Below, in pieces: positions 22,383 to 31,036 of a DNA stretch of 54,163 nt. The DNA is from Gallionellaceae bacterium (lineage in GTDB: Bacteria > Pseudomonadota > Gammaproteobacteria > Burkholderiales > Thiobacillaceae). How positions within the stretch are numbered: the first letter of the stretch is position 1; each line of letters begins with the position of its first letter. Made by a program: the position numbers and the translations under genes. Where the stretch lies: NCBI GenBank assembly GCA_028695325.1, contig JAQVJE010000003.1:1-54163 (forward strand), read 5' to 3'. The notes under the pieces were generated by a model. That model was not told the DNA's origin. It searched no databases and saw nothing but the letters and a program-made list of their open reading frames with translations.

Positions 22383-24134
22383 TCAGGGGCCGGGGCGCGC
22401 GGGCTCCGGCAGTTCGTCGATGAATATCAGGCCGCTGGAGTCGCGTCCGCCGCGGTTCAGGCGCTGGTTGCCCTCCAGCTGCCAGGTGATGCCGTAGTCG
22501 TAGTTGTACTGGTTGAGCGGCAGGGTGATCTCCAGCTGCTGCTCGTCGATCGGCCGGTCCGGCCGCGCCACCAGCTGCTGGCGCCGCTTGCCGGTGAAGA
22601 AGGGGTATTCCACCTGCACCACGACGGCGCGCACGCCCTGCCGCCGGAGCGCCTCGGTGTCGCCCAGCAGTTGCACCGTGCGCCGCTCGTAGGGCGCGAA
22701 GAGATCGATCATGGCCTTGTCGTCGCGCACCCAGTCGCTGGCGTAGGTGCCGCCGCCCTTGAAGTTCCAGCGCGTGCGCCAGTCGTAGGCGAGCCAGGCC
22801 AGGCGGTCGGCGTCGCCGCTCCAGCCGTACACCAGGCGCAGGTCGTTGCCGGCCTTCTTCACCGTCTCGCGGTCGATCACCAGCTCGCGCAGCGTCTCGC
22901 GGCCGTCCTGGTGCTGCTTGCGCAGGGTGACGGTGACGCTGTTGACGAAGCGGTCGAACTCCGGCAGCAGGGCGCCGTCGACACCGACGTGGATCTCGCG
23001 CTGCTGGAAGGTCGGGTCGTCCAGGTTGACGGCGCGGAAGTAGTTGGGGTCGCTGCCGTAGCGCTTGTGGAAGTCGCCGATGTTGAAGGTGATGAAGCTG
23101 TGCCGCTCCACCGTGGCGCGGTGGTTGAAGTTGAGCGTCGAGGTGCCGGAGGAGCGCATGTCCTTGAGCTGGAAGCCGGCGTGCAGGCCGAAGCCGGTGG
23201 TCTTGCCACTGGATAGCAGGCCTCCCTTCTGGTTGATGAGGGCGCCGATGGCGTCGCTCAGGCCGCCGCGCTGGTCGGCCGGCACCCGTTCCGGCTCGAC
23301 GCGGCGGAACATCAGCTCGAGCAGCTTGCCGTAGACGTTGTTGAGCAGGCCCTCCATGGCCGCGTCGCTGCCGGAGGAGCGCAGCCGGATGGCGTTGTTG
23401 CGCAGCATGTCGTCGAACATCGCCTCCACCTCGGCGCTGACGAAATAGACGCTGCCGCCGGCCGAGAAGCCCTTGCTCTTGCGCACCTCCGACCAGTCGA
23501 TGAACAGCTCGGCGTCGTAGGCGTCGGAGAGTCCCTGGAAGGACATGTCGAACACCAGGGAGACGTCCGGGGTGGCCATCCGGAAGCTCTCCATGAGCAG
23601 GCTGGCCTCCTCCGGCCGCAGCTCGAACGACAGGGCCAGGCGGTCGCCCTCCAGCACCGGGGCTCGGCCGCTGGCGAGCAGCCTGCGTTCGGGCGGGCCG
23701 CCCGCCGGGTTGAGGACGGAGGAGACCAGGGCGTAGCGGCCGTCGGCGAACACCACCGGGCCGCGCAGGACGATCTCGTCGTCCTTAAAGTGCTGGCGCA
23801 GCGCCTTCTGGGCCGCCTCGACCTGCCCGGCCGGGGTCTCGTAGAGGACCAGGAAGTGCAGCACGCCGCCGCCGCCGGCCGCGGTGACGGTGGCGCTGCC
23901 GGCCTCGGCGGCCGGCCGGTTGACCACGTAGCGCACGAAGGAGAACTGCGGCCGGCCGTCCTCGTCGGTGGCCAGACGGGCCTGGTTGGGCAGGTAGACG
24001 TACTGGCGCGGGTTGTCGGCGAGGGGGAAGCACCACAGGCCGCCGATGCGCATGCCCTGGTCGATGGCGAGCGGCTGTGCCGCCGCCGGCAGGACGAGCA
24101 CCAGGGCGAACAGCAGGGCGGCCAGGCGGGTCAT
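22383..24134 (-). CDS. Secreted hypothetical protein, paralogue family member (operon gene 4)
   Basis: MTRLAALLFALVLVLPAAA signal, YVYLPNQARLATDEDGRPQFSFVRY, FRAVNLDDPTFQQREI, IFIDELP. Confidence 0.85.
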   Translation of the reverse strand: MTRLAALLFALVLVLPAAAQPLAIDQGMRIGGLWCFPLADNPRQYVYLPNQARLATDEDGRPQFSFVRYVVNRPAAEAGSATVTAAGGGGVLHFLVLYETPAGQVEAAQKALRQHFKDDEIVLRGPVVFADGRYALVSSVLNPAGGPPERRLLASGRAPVLEGDRLALSFELRPEEASLLMESFRMATPDVSLVFDMSFQGLSDAYDAELFIDWSEVRKSKGFSAGGSVYFVSAEVEAMFDDMLRNNAIRLRSSGSDAAMEGLLNNVYGKLLELMFRRVEPERVPADQRGGLSDAIGALINQKGGLLSSGKTTGFGLHAGFQLKDMRSSGTSTLNFNHRATVERHSFITFNIGDFHKRYGSDPNYFRAVNLDDPTFQQREIHVGVDGALLPEFDRFVNSVTVTLRKQHQDGRETLRELVIDRETVKKAGNDLRLVYGWSGDADRLAWLAYDWRTRWNFKGGGTYASDWVRDDKAMIDLFAPYERRTVQLLGDTEALRRQGVRAVVVQVEYPFFTGKRRQQLVARPDRPIDEQQLEITLPLNQYNYDYGITWQLEGNQRLNRGGRDSSGLIFIDELPEPARPGP

Positions 24135-25927
24135 GGCTGGGCGGCCTCGGGCGGGACCAGGAACAGGTAGTCGGTGTCGAGCAGGAGCAGGCCGCCCTTG
24201 ACCGTGCGGCTGGGCGAGAACCAGGAGGCGCGGTAGCCGATCGGGGTGTCGCGGTCGTGGTAGAGGGCGACCAGGCTGGTGGTCTGGGCGTCGCCGGCGC
24301 GCAGGGTGGCCTTCCTCTGCAGGCGGTTCTTGTTGCCCAGCGCGGTGGCGAACTCGACCACCGCGGTGGCCATGCCGGCCTGGCCGAACAGGCTGCGGTC
24401 GGCGTCGATCTCCACCACCCGCTTCTCGAACGGCGGCGTCAGCGACACCGCGGCGTCCTTCGACTTCAGCCATTGCTCCTCCCTGGCCGGCACCGCCAGG
24501 GTGGGGCCGTCGCGCACGCTCCAGCGCACCTGGTACTCGTACTCGGTCCAGTCGGCGCCGCTCTCACCCAGGCGCGGGAAGGCCACCTCCTGCACGGTGC
24601 GGCCGGCCTTCACGTCGGCGTGCGAGAAGCGCAGCGAGCGGGTGAAGTCGGGCTTGTCCGGGTAGCGCTTGCGCACGTTGACGGAGACGAAGTTGATGGT
24701 GTCCTGGAAGGCGTCGATGTATTCGCCATCGACCTGGAAGTGGACCTGGCGGAACTCGAAGGCGGGGTCGGCCAGGTTGACCACCCGGAAGTAGCGCGGG
24801 TCGTCCGCCATGGCCTTGTAGAGGCCGCCCAGGTTGCCGGCGGTGTCGACCGGCACCTTGATGGTGGAGCTCTTCGACAGGGTGACGTTGAACACGTTGC
24901 GGCGGATGTCGGTGCGTTTCTTGAGGACGAACTGGTCGTCGGTGAAGTACTTGGTGTCCTGGGCGCCGCCGAACACGCGCGAGAACCAGCCGCGTTCCTG
25001 GCGGCCCTGGATCTGGTTGGCCTCGACGGCGGTCTCGCGCGGCGGGTCGGCGGCCCAGCCGCTGGTGTGGTCGAACATCAGCTCGGTGAGCTTGTCGGTG
25101 ACCACCTGCAGGATGCCCTCCATGTCGCTGGCCTTGAGGCCCAGCCCGGCGGTGCGGTCGAGCACCTCGATCTTCAGGGTGCCGTTGCGCTGCAGGTCGT
25201 CCATGACCTTGCGCAGCTGGCGCTTGGTGTAGCCCTTCTGCACGTTGGAGATGCGGCTGAAGTGCTCGTAGACGCTCGACACCTCGGCGCTGACGCGGGC
25301 GTTGTAGCCCTTCACGGCGGCCTCGTAGTAGGCGTGGATGGCTACCGAGACATCGGAGGTGGGGCCGGTGAGCGAGTCCCACAGCAGGGTGGCGCCCTGC
25401 TGGTTGAGCAGGGCCGCCACCACGGCGCGCGAGCCGGGGATCAGGGGCGCCTTGCCGGAGCTGATGAGTGAACGGGTGAAGCCGCCGGCCGCGCGGTCGG
25501 ACAGGATGGCGGAGACGATCTGGAACGAACCCTGGCCTTCCTCGCCGTTGTCGACCGCCTGCATGAGGGGCACGGGGCCGACGATGCGGGCGCCGGCCTG
25601 GGTCTTCTTGAGCTCCTTCTCCACCTCCTCGACCACGTCGGGCGGCAGGGTGAACTCGACCAGGGCGTGGAACAGGCCGCCGCTGGCGCCGCCATTGGCG
25701 TCGACGTACTTCAGGCAGAGCAGTTCCAGGCTGCCGTCCTCCTTGGTGGCCAGGCGCGGGTACTGGGGCAGGTAGTAGTAGGCACCGGGGTCGCTGGCGT
25801 CCTGCAGCAGCTGGATGCCCTTCACGGTGCGCTGGCCCTCGTCGAAGTTGACCAGGGCAGTCGCCGTGCCGGGGCCGAGCAGGCAGGCCAGGGCGATGAG
25901 CAGGCGGCCGAACAGGGTGGCTTTCAT
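24131..25927 (-). CDS. Secreted hypothetical protein, paralogue family member (operon gene 3)
   Basis: Signal peptide, YYYLPQYPRLATKEDG, SGKAPLIPG, FRVVNLADPAFEFRQV. ATGA overlaps at both ends. Confidence 0.85.
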   Translation of the reverse strand: MKATLFGRLLIALACLLGPGTATALVNFDEGQRTVKGIQLLQDASDPGAYYYLPQYPRLATKEDGSLELLCLKYVDANGGASGGLFHALVEFTLPPDVVEEVEKELKKTQAGARIVGPVPLMQAVDNGEEGQGSFQIVSAILSDRAAGGFTRSLISSGKAPLIPGSRAVVAALLNQQGATLLWDSLTGPTSDVSVAIHAYYEAAVKGYNARVSAEVSSVYEHFSRISNVQKGYTKRQLRKVMDDLQRNGTLKIEVLDRTAGLGLKASDMEGILQVVTDKLTELMFDHTSGWAADPPRETAVEANQIQGRQERGWFSRVFGGAQDTKYFTDDQFVLKKRTDIRRNVFNVTLSKSSTIKVPVDTAGNLGGLYKAMADDPRYFRVVNLADPAFEFRQVHFQVDGEYIDAFQDTINFVSVNVRKRYPDKPDFTRSLRFSHADVKAGRTVQEVAFPRLGESGADWTEYEYQVRWSVRDGPTLAVPAREEQWLKSKDAAVSLTPPFEKRVVEIDADRSLFGQAGMATAVVEFATALGNKNRLQRKATLRAGDAQTTSLVALYHDRDTPIGYRASWFSPSRTVKGGLLLLDTDYLFLVPPEAAQP

Positions 25928-27057
25928 CGGGTTTCCTCCGGTGGGTTTGGCGCCGAGGTGACGTCGAGCAGCGCGCTCCAGGACGGGCGCTCGCGCCAGG
26001 GCGACGTGAGGCTGCTGCCGTCCTTCATCACCTCGGTGACGCGGTAGCGGTAGGGGCGATCTAGGCGCACGGCGAGCGGGAAGCGCAGGCCGCGGGCGTA
26101 GAGGTCGGGCTGGTCCTGGCGGAACAGCGTGGCCAGGCGGATGCGCTGGCCGCCAACCCCCTCGGCCTCGATGTCGACCTCTTTCTCGGCCAGGTCCGGG
26201 CGCAGCTGGTCGCTGAAGTCGTAGCAGTAGACGTCGAGGGCGGCATAGCCGGGCGGCACGGCCTCGTTGACGTCGACCTGGCGCAAGAGCTCGGGCCAGC
26301 GCCTGGCATCGATGCGGATGGCGGTGGCGCCGGCGCGCACCAGGGCGGCGCCGTTGGCCGGCCGGGCGGCAGCCTGTTCACGCAGGGCGGCGAGCAGTCT
26401 GGGGCTGCCGCACAGCTCGGCCAGGGGTTCGCCGGGCGGGATGCCGTCGGCGTGGAAGGCGTAGCCGAGCGAGATCACCACCTGGCCCTTTTGCAGGGCG
26501 TCGCGGAACAGCTGCGAGGTGGCGTTGTCCAGGCCCAGGGTGTAGTCGCGCTCGCGCCAGTAGGCCGAGGCGGTGCTGCGGCCTTCGGCCTCGGCCTCGA
26601 AGTGGCCGCCGGGCAGGGTCTCTTCCTCGCCGGCCGCGCCGGCGTCGGTGGCGGCGGCATAGACCAGGGCGGTGTCCAGGCGGCGGATCGGCAGCGGTCG
26701 CAGCTCGGCGCGGCCGCCGCCCAGGGCGGCGCGCGCCGCCCGGACTTCATCGGCACCGGGTCCGGCCAGGCGGACCTTGAACGACAGGACGCTGCGGAAC
26801 AGGGCGGTGCCGCGGTCGGCCGACACCACGCTGCCGGTGTAGCGCATCTGCAGCAGGTGCAGTTCGGGGCGGCCGTCCGGCGCGCTGGCCAGGACGATTT
26901 CGCCGGGCGGGTAGTAGTAGAGGTCGGCACGGCGATCGTCCGGATAGACGACCAGGGGGCCGGCCGGCTTGCCCAGGCGCAGGTCCGGCCGCGCCATCGC
27001 GGGTGCCGCCAGGGCGACCAGGCAGGCGACGAGCAGCAGCCGCTTCATGCGACGCAC
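25924..27057 (-). CDS. Secreted hypothetical protein, shorter family relative (operon gene 2)
   Basis: Signal ending AMA, YPDDRRADLYYYPPGEIVLASAPDGRPEL matches the family N-terminal motif. Alternative ATG at 27048. Confidence 0.8.
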   Translation of the reverse strand: MRRMKRLLLVACLVALAAPAMARPDLRLGKPAGPLVVYPDDRRADLYYYPPGEIVLASAPDGRPELHLLQMRYTGSVVSADRGTALFRSVLSFKVRLAGPGADEVRAARAALGGGRAELRPLPIRRLDTALVYAAATDAGAAGEEETLPGGHFEAEAEGRSTASAYWRERDYTLGLDNATSQLFRDALQKGQVVISLGYAFHADGIPPGEPLAELCGSPRLLAALREQAAARPANGAALVRAGATAIRIDARRWPELLRQVDVNEAVPPGYAALDVYCYDFSDQLRPDLAEKEVDIEAEGVGGQRIRLATLFRQDQPDLYARGLRFPLAVRLDRPYRYRVTEVMKDGSSLTSPWRERPSWSALLDVTSAPNPPEETR

Positions 27058-27061
27058 CCCG

Positions 27062-29398
27062 TCACTCGCCGGGCAGGCGGCCGATGGATTGTCTGATCTG
27101 GGAGGTGCCGATCACCACCCGGAGGCGGTCGGCGGCCACCCAGTTGGCGCCGTTGTAGGTGGTGCCGTCCTTCATCACCAGCTCGATCTGGTACTCGAAC
27201 AGCGCCCCCTCGGCCTGCGGGTCCTGGTAGAGCGGTCCGATGCTGAAGTCCTCGCCGTCGGCCTTCAGCACCAGCGGCCCCTTGGTCTGTACCTCGCGGC
27301 TGTGCGGGTCGAAGTAGCGCGAGCGCACCATGACCGACATCTCGGCCGCGTTGAGGTCGGCCAGCGGGGTGAGGGTGTGGAAGGTGATCGGCGCCGCGCC
27401 CAGGGTGGAGACGCCACCGGTGATCGCGGCCACCACCTCGCGGTCGCAGGCCGCGCAGTCGCGTTCCACAGCGTAGTCGAGCCACATGCGCTTGGCCTTG
27501 CCGTCCAGCCAGGCCGGCACCCGGGCGCTGTCGAACTCGGCCTGCGCCCGCGGCGGCACGGTGACGTCGTCGAGCTTCCACGAGTAGACGATGGGCAGGT
27601 CGTTCTCGAACAGCAGTGCGTGCATGTAGCGCAGGCGGAGCGGATAGGGGGTGACGTTGCGCCACTTGGCGCCGCGCTGCCAGCGGATGTCGCCGAAGGT
27701 GGTGCGGTCGGCCAGCTTGATCTCGACCGGGATGCGCTGCGGCGGCAGGGCGCCGCCGGCTGGGCTGAAGGTCAGGCTGCCATTGATGCCGATGTCCTCC
27801 ACCAGGGCGATCTGCAGGTTCTCCTTGGTCACGCTGTCGGTGGCCCACTGGATGTCGATCTGGCCGAGGGCGTCGGAGATGGCGTTGATGGCGATCTTGT
27901 CGGCCGGGATGCTGTAGACCTGCTGCAGGCCGCCGGCCAGGCTGATCTCGGGCGGCTTGTCGATGGGCAGGCGGCGCAGTTCGGTGAACACGCTGCCAGG
28001 ATTGCGCTTCTGCCAGGCGCGCAGGAGGTCGCCGACGAAGGCGATGTCGCCGCTGTCGACGCCGGCGTCCAGGCGCGCCGCCATCACCACGGCGCCGGCC
28101 TGGTCGCTGCCGGCGGCGGCGCCGTAGAGCATGCGCAGGCCGTAGCCCTCGGCCGGGTCCCAGAGCAGGTGGTAGGCCTTGGGCATGAAGTAGAAGATGC
28201 CGGAGGCCGGGTTGCGGTCCTGGTAGACCTGCGGCCAGATGCGCATCACCTCGGCCGGATCCTGGCCGGCCTCGAAGCCGATCTGCGACACCAGGTCGAT
28301 GGGCAGGGCACCCGGCCCCCTGGCGCCCTTGCCGAGGTTCTCGGCGGGCAAACCGAACTTGAAGCGCGACACCTCGAGCATCGGCTTGGCGGAGACGGCG
28401 AGCGGCTTGATCACAGTGGTCGCCGGCGGAGCGGCGGCCGGCCGGGCGGTGGCCAGCGTCAGGGGGCGTGCGGCCAGCGTGGCCACGGCGGCGCCTCGCA
28501 CCGTCGTGGCGGCGGCGCCCTCGGCCGGCTTGGCCTTCACGCCGGAGACGCAGCAGCTGTCGCGCCGGGCGGCGGGCACGCCGGTCTTCAGCCAGCAGCG
28601 CGCGCTGCTGCCCTGCACGCCGGGCTTGACGTAGGTGAAGGACTGGCAGCGCGCCTCCCGCTCGCAGGCCTGCTGGCACAGCCTGGGATCGGCGCTGGCC
28701 AGGTTGAAGCTGGTGTAGTCCATGCCGGGGCGGTTGCTGTCCTGCTCCAGCGTGGCGGTGACGGCGACCGCCGTGGCCGCCACCACCGGGGTGGCCAGCC
28801 TCACCGTCTGCAGCCTGGGCATGACCAGGATGGGCTGCTCGCGCAGGCGTGCCGCGGCGCCCTCGGGCTGCATGACGACCTTCAGCACCAGGTTCTCGGC
28901 GCTGATGGCACGCGACCATTTCTTCGGCAACTGGAACATGCGCTCGGTCTCGGCGGCGCTCTTGCCGGGCTTGTGGACGCGCAGGCGCAGGTAGGCGGAG
29001 CGCAGCTCGGTGCCCTCCGGCGCGGCGGCATCCAGGTCCAGGGTGAGGTCGCCCTCGTCGGCCTCAGGCAGGGTGACGCGGGCGGCGGGCACTTCGCGCT
29101 GTACCGCCTTCTGGCCATCCAGCACCTCGGCGCGCACCTCCTTGCCGGCCAGCCGCTTGCCGCTGACATGGACGACCAGGCGGCGTTCGCTGTCCTCGCC
29201 CACGGTGACCTTGTCGAGGGTCGCCGCCTTGTCGTTCATCAGGCCGCGCAGCAGGCCGCCGATGAGGGCCTGCTCGTCGACGAATGGCTGCAGCTCACGG
29301 CCCTGCAGGTCGCTGTAGCCGTCCGCGCAAGCCGGACTGGCAGCGCCAAGGAAAAGGATTATCGATATTGCGATTGCATGCCGGCGCGCGCTGCCCAT
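27062..29398 (-). CDS. Secreted PAN/Apple-domain protein with family-like C-terminal part (operon gene 1)
   Basis: Signal peptide. NRPGMDY...CQQACEREARCQSFTYVKPG...CWLK...CCVSGVK PAN/Apple pattern. YQDRNPASGIFYFMP resembles the family motif. Confidence 0.8.
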   Translation of the reverse strand: MGSARRHAIAISIILFLGAASPACADGYSDLQGRELQPFVDEQALIGGLLRGLMNDKAATLDKVTVGEDSERRLVVHVSGKRLAGKEVRAEVLDGQKAVQREVPAARVTLPEADEGDLTLDLDAAAPEGTELRSAYLRLRVHKPGKSAAETERMFQLPKKWSRAISAENLVLKVVMQPEGAAARLREQPILVMPRLQTVRLATPVVAATAVAVTATLEQDSNRPGMDYTSFNLASADPRLCQQACEREARCQSFTYVKPGVQGSSARCWLKTGVPAARRDSCCVSGVKAKPAEGAAATTVRGAAVATLAARPLTLATARPAAAPPATTVIKPLAVSAKPMLEVSRFKFGLPAENLGKGARGPGALPIDLVSQIGFEAGQDPAEVMRIWPQVYQDRNPASGIFYFMPKAYHLLWDPAEGYGLRMLYGAAAGSDQAGAVVMAARLDAGVDSGDIAFVGDLLRAWQKRNPGSVFTELRRLPIDKPPEISLAGGLQQVYSIPADKIAINAISDALGQIDIQWATDSVTKENLQIALVEDIGINGSLTFSPAGGALPPQRIPVEIKLADRTTFGDIRWQRGAKWRNVTPYPLRLRYMHALLFENDLPIVYSWKLDDVTVPPRAQAEFDSARVPAWLDGKAKRMWLDYAVERDCAACDREVVAAITGGVSTLGAAPITFHTLTPLADLNAAEMSVMVRSRYFDPHSREVQTKGPLVLKADGEDFSIGPLYQDPQAEGALFEYQIELVMKDGTTYNGANWVAADRLRVVIGTSQIRQSIGRLPGE

Positions 29399-29480
29399 CT
29401 TGCCTTCCCCTTCCCTAGTTGCATGCATGGCGCGCCCACTGGCGCCATGACTGGGGTCGTTTTGTACTACCCACCCACCC

Positions 29481-29508
29481 ATGATAGGAGTGGCCCCTGC
29501 GGCGTCAA
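29481..29508 (-). promoter_or_regulatory. Candidate sigma70 promoter of the seven-gene operon
   Basis: Minus strand TTGACG-N16-TATCAT, about 80 nt upstream of the ATG at 29398. Confidence 0.55.
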
Positions 29509-29533
29509 GACAAAACCATGCCAGCAGTATGGG

Positions 29534-30979
29534 TTAGGCGGCGGCCTCCTCCTTGCGCCGGCGGCGATCGCCCAGCGAGCCCGCCAGCATGCCGACGATG
29601 GCCATCAGGAAACCGGCGAACTGGGGCGGGATGGGGCCGTCGCCCTCGGGCAGCCAGACCTCCATGGGGATCCAGGTCGCCATGCCGAGGGCGATGGCCC
29701 AATGGGCCCCCCGGGTGGTGGCGCGCCGCCAGTAAAGGCCGGCCACCAGGGGCACGAAGGCAAGCACCAGGGTGACCTTGTAGGCGTTCTCCACCATCTG
29801 GTGGATGCCGGTCTCCTGCTCCAGCGACCAGAGCGAATACAGGGTCACCAGGACGGTGAACACCACCACCACCCAGCGGGTGATGACCAGCAGCTGGTGG
29901 TCGGGCAGGTGGCGGCGCCAGGTGATGAAGTCCTTGATGACGTTCTCCGAGAGGGTCACCGAAGGGGCCAGCAGGGTGCCCGAGGCGGTCGACATGATGA
30001 CCGACAGCAGGGCGCCGTAGAAGACCACCTGGGCGAACAGGGGCAGGTGGCCCTTGACCAGTTCAGGCAGCAGCTTCTGGCTGTCCTCGGCGAGCCACCG
30101 GGCGGCCAGGGCGGGGTCGATCAGGTTGGCGGAGTAGGCCAGGAACAGCGGCACGGCGGCGAACAGGAAATAGGCCACGCCGCCCGCCACGGTGCCCCAC
30201 ACGGCGACCTTCTCATTCTTCGACGAGTTGGCGCGCTGGAACACGTCCTGCTGCGGGATGGAGCCGAAACCCATGGTCAGCAGCCCAGAGATGAACGCGA
30301 CCATGGCCACCGCGTTGAGCTCCGGCCAGAAGTGGAACTTGGCGTTGCCGGCGGCGTGCTCGATCACCGGGGCGACGCCGCCGGTCATGCCGCTGACCAG
30401 CCAGGCGATGTAGAGGAGGCCGATGACGATGACGATCATCTGGAAGAAAGTGGTGAGCGCCACCGACCACATGCCGCCGTACAGGGTGTACATGAGCACC
30501 ACGGCGGCGCCGATCAGGATGCCCTGCTGCTGGGTGATCTGGCCATCGGAGAGGACGTTGAACACCAGGCCCAGCGCGGTGACCTGGGCCGACACCCAGC
30601 CGAGATACGACAGCGCGATGGCGATGCCGGTGATGACCTCGACATTGCGGCCGAACCTTTCCCGGTAGAAGTCGCCGATGGTGAGCAGGTTCATCCGGTA
30701 CAGCCTGCGGGCGAAGAAGAGGCCGAACAGGATGAGACACAGCGAGGCGCCGAACGGGTCGGAGATCAGACCGCCCAGGTCCTCCTCCATGAAGGTGGCC
30801 GGGATGCCCAGCACGGTCTCGGCGCCGAACCAGGTTGCGAACACCATGGCCATGACGATGTAGAGGGGCAGGGAGCGGCCGGCGGCGATGTAGTCCTTGG
30901 CGTTGTGGACCTTGGTGGCGGCGTAGAAGCCGATGCCGAGGGAAACCACCAGGTACAGGATGACGAAGCCAAGCAGCAT
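29534..30979 (-). CDS. Sodium:solute symporter family protein
   Basis: DYIAAGRSLP, ATWFGAET, YTLYGGMWSVALT, QQDVFQR, IMSTAS. Many TM helices. Confidence 0.92.
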   Translation of the reverse strand: MLLGFVILYLVVSLGIGFYAATKVHNAKDYIAAGRSLPLYIVMAMVFATWFGAETVLGIPATFMEEDLGGLISDPFGASLCLILFGLFFARRLYRMNLLTIGDFYRERFGRNVEVITGIAIALSYLGWVSAQVTALGLVFNVLSDGQITQQQGILIGAAVVLMYTLYGGMWSVALTTFFQMIVIVIGLLYIAWLVSGMTGGVAPVIEHAAGNAKFHFWPELNAVAMVAFISGLLTMGFGSIPQQDVFQRANSSKNEKVAVWGTVAGGVAYFLFAAVPLFLAYSANLIDPALAARWLAEDSQKLLPELVKGHLPLFAQVVFYGALLSVIMSTASGTLLAPSVTLSENVIKDFITWRRHLPDHQLLVITRWVVVVFTVLVTLYSLWSLEQETGIHQMVENAYKVTLVLAFVPLVAGLYWRRATTRGAHWAIALGMATWIPMEVWLPEGDGPIPPQFAGFLMAIVGMLAGSLGDRRRRKEEAAA

Positions 30980-31005
30980 GGGCGGGGACCTTCCTAATCC
31001 AGGTT

Positions 31006-31035
31006 CCGTCGCGCCCGCCTGCGCGGGAATGACGG
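31006..31035. repeat. REP/dRS3-like palindrome, single copy
   Basis: Minus strand CCGTCATTCCCGCGCAGGCGGGCGCGACGG. Hairpin resembling ATTCCC-N8-GGGAAT-type repeats. Confidence 0.55.
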
Positions 31036-31036
31036 T

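Noticed and set aside
27020-27048. LVAC lipobox-like motif in operon gene 2
   Set aside because: The Cys is too close to the start, and the hydrophobic region continues to an AMA signal peptidase I site.
16892-29398. Calling the operon T6SS, a contractile injection system, a prophage or a definite MACPF/CDC toxin
   Set aside because: No sheath, tube, VgrG, baseplate or phage motifs. All proteins have Sec signals, and no MACPF signature or CDC undecapeptide is visible.
26969-30997. 1342-aa plus-strand ORF and many other long antisense ORFs (e.g. 20319-23216, 18265-20544, 5760-8354)
   Set aside because: They are shadows of well-supported opposite-strand genes in GC-rich DNA, with no recognisable motifs.
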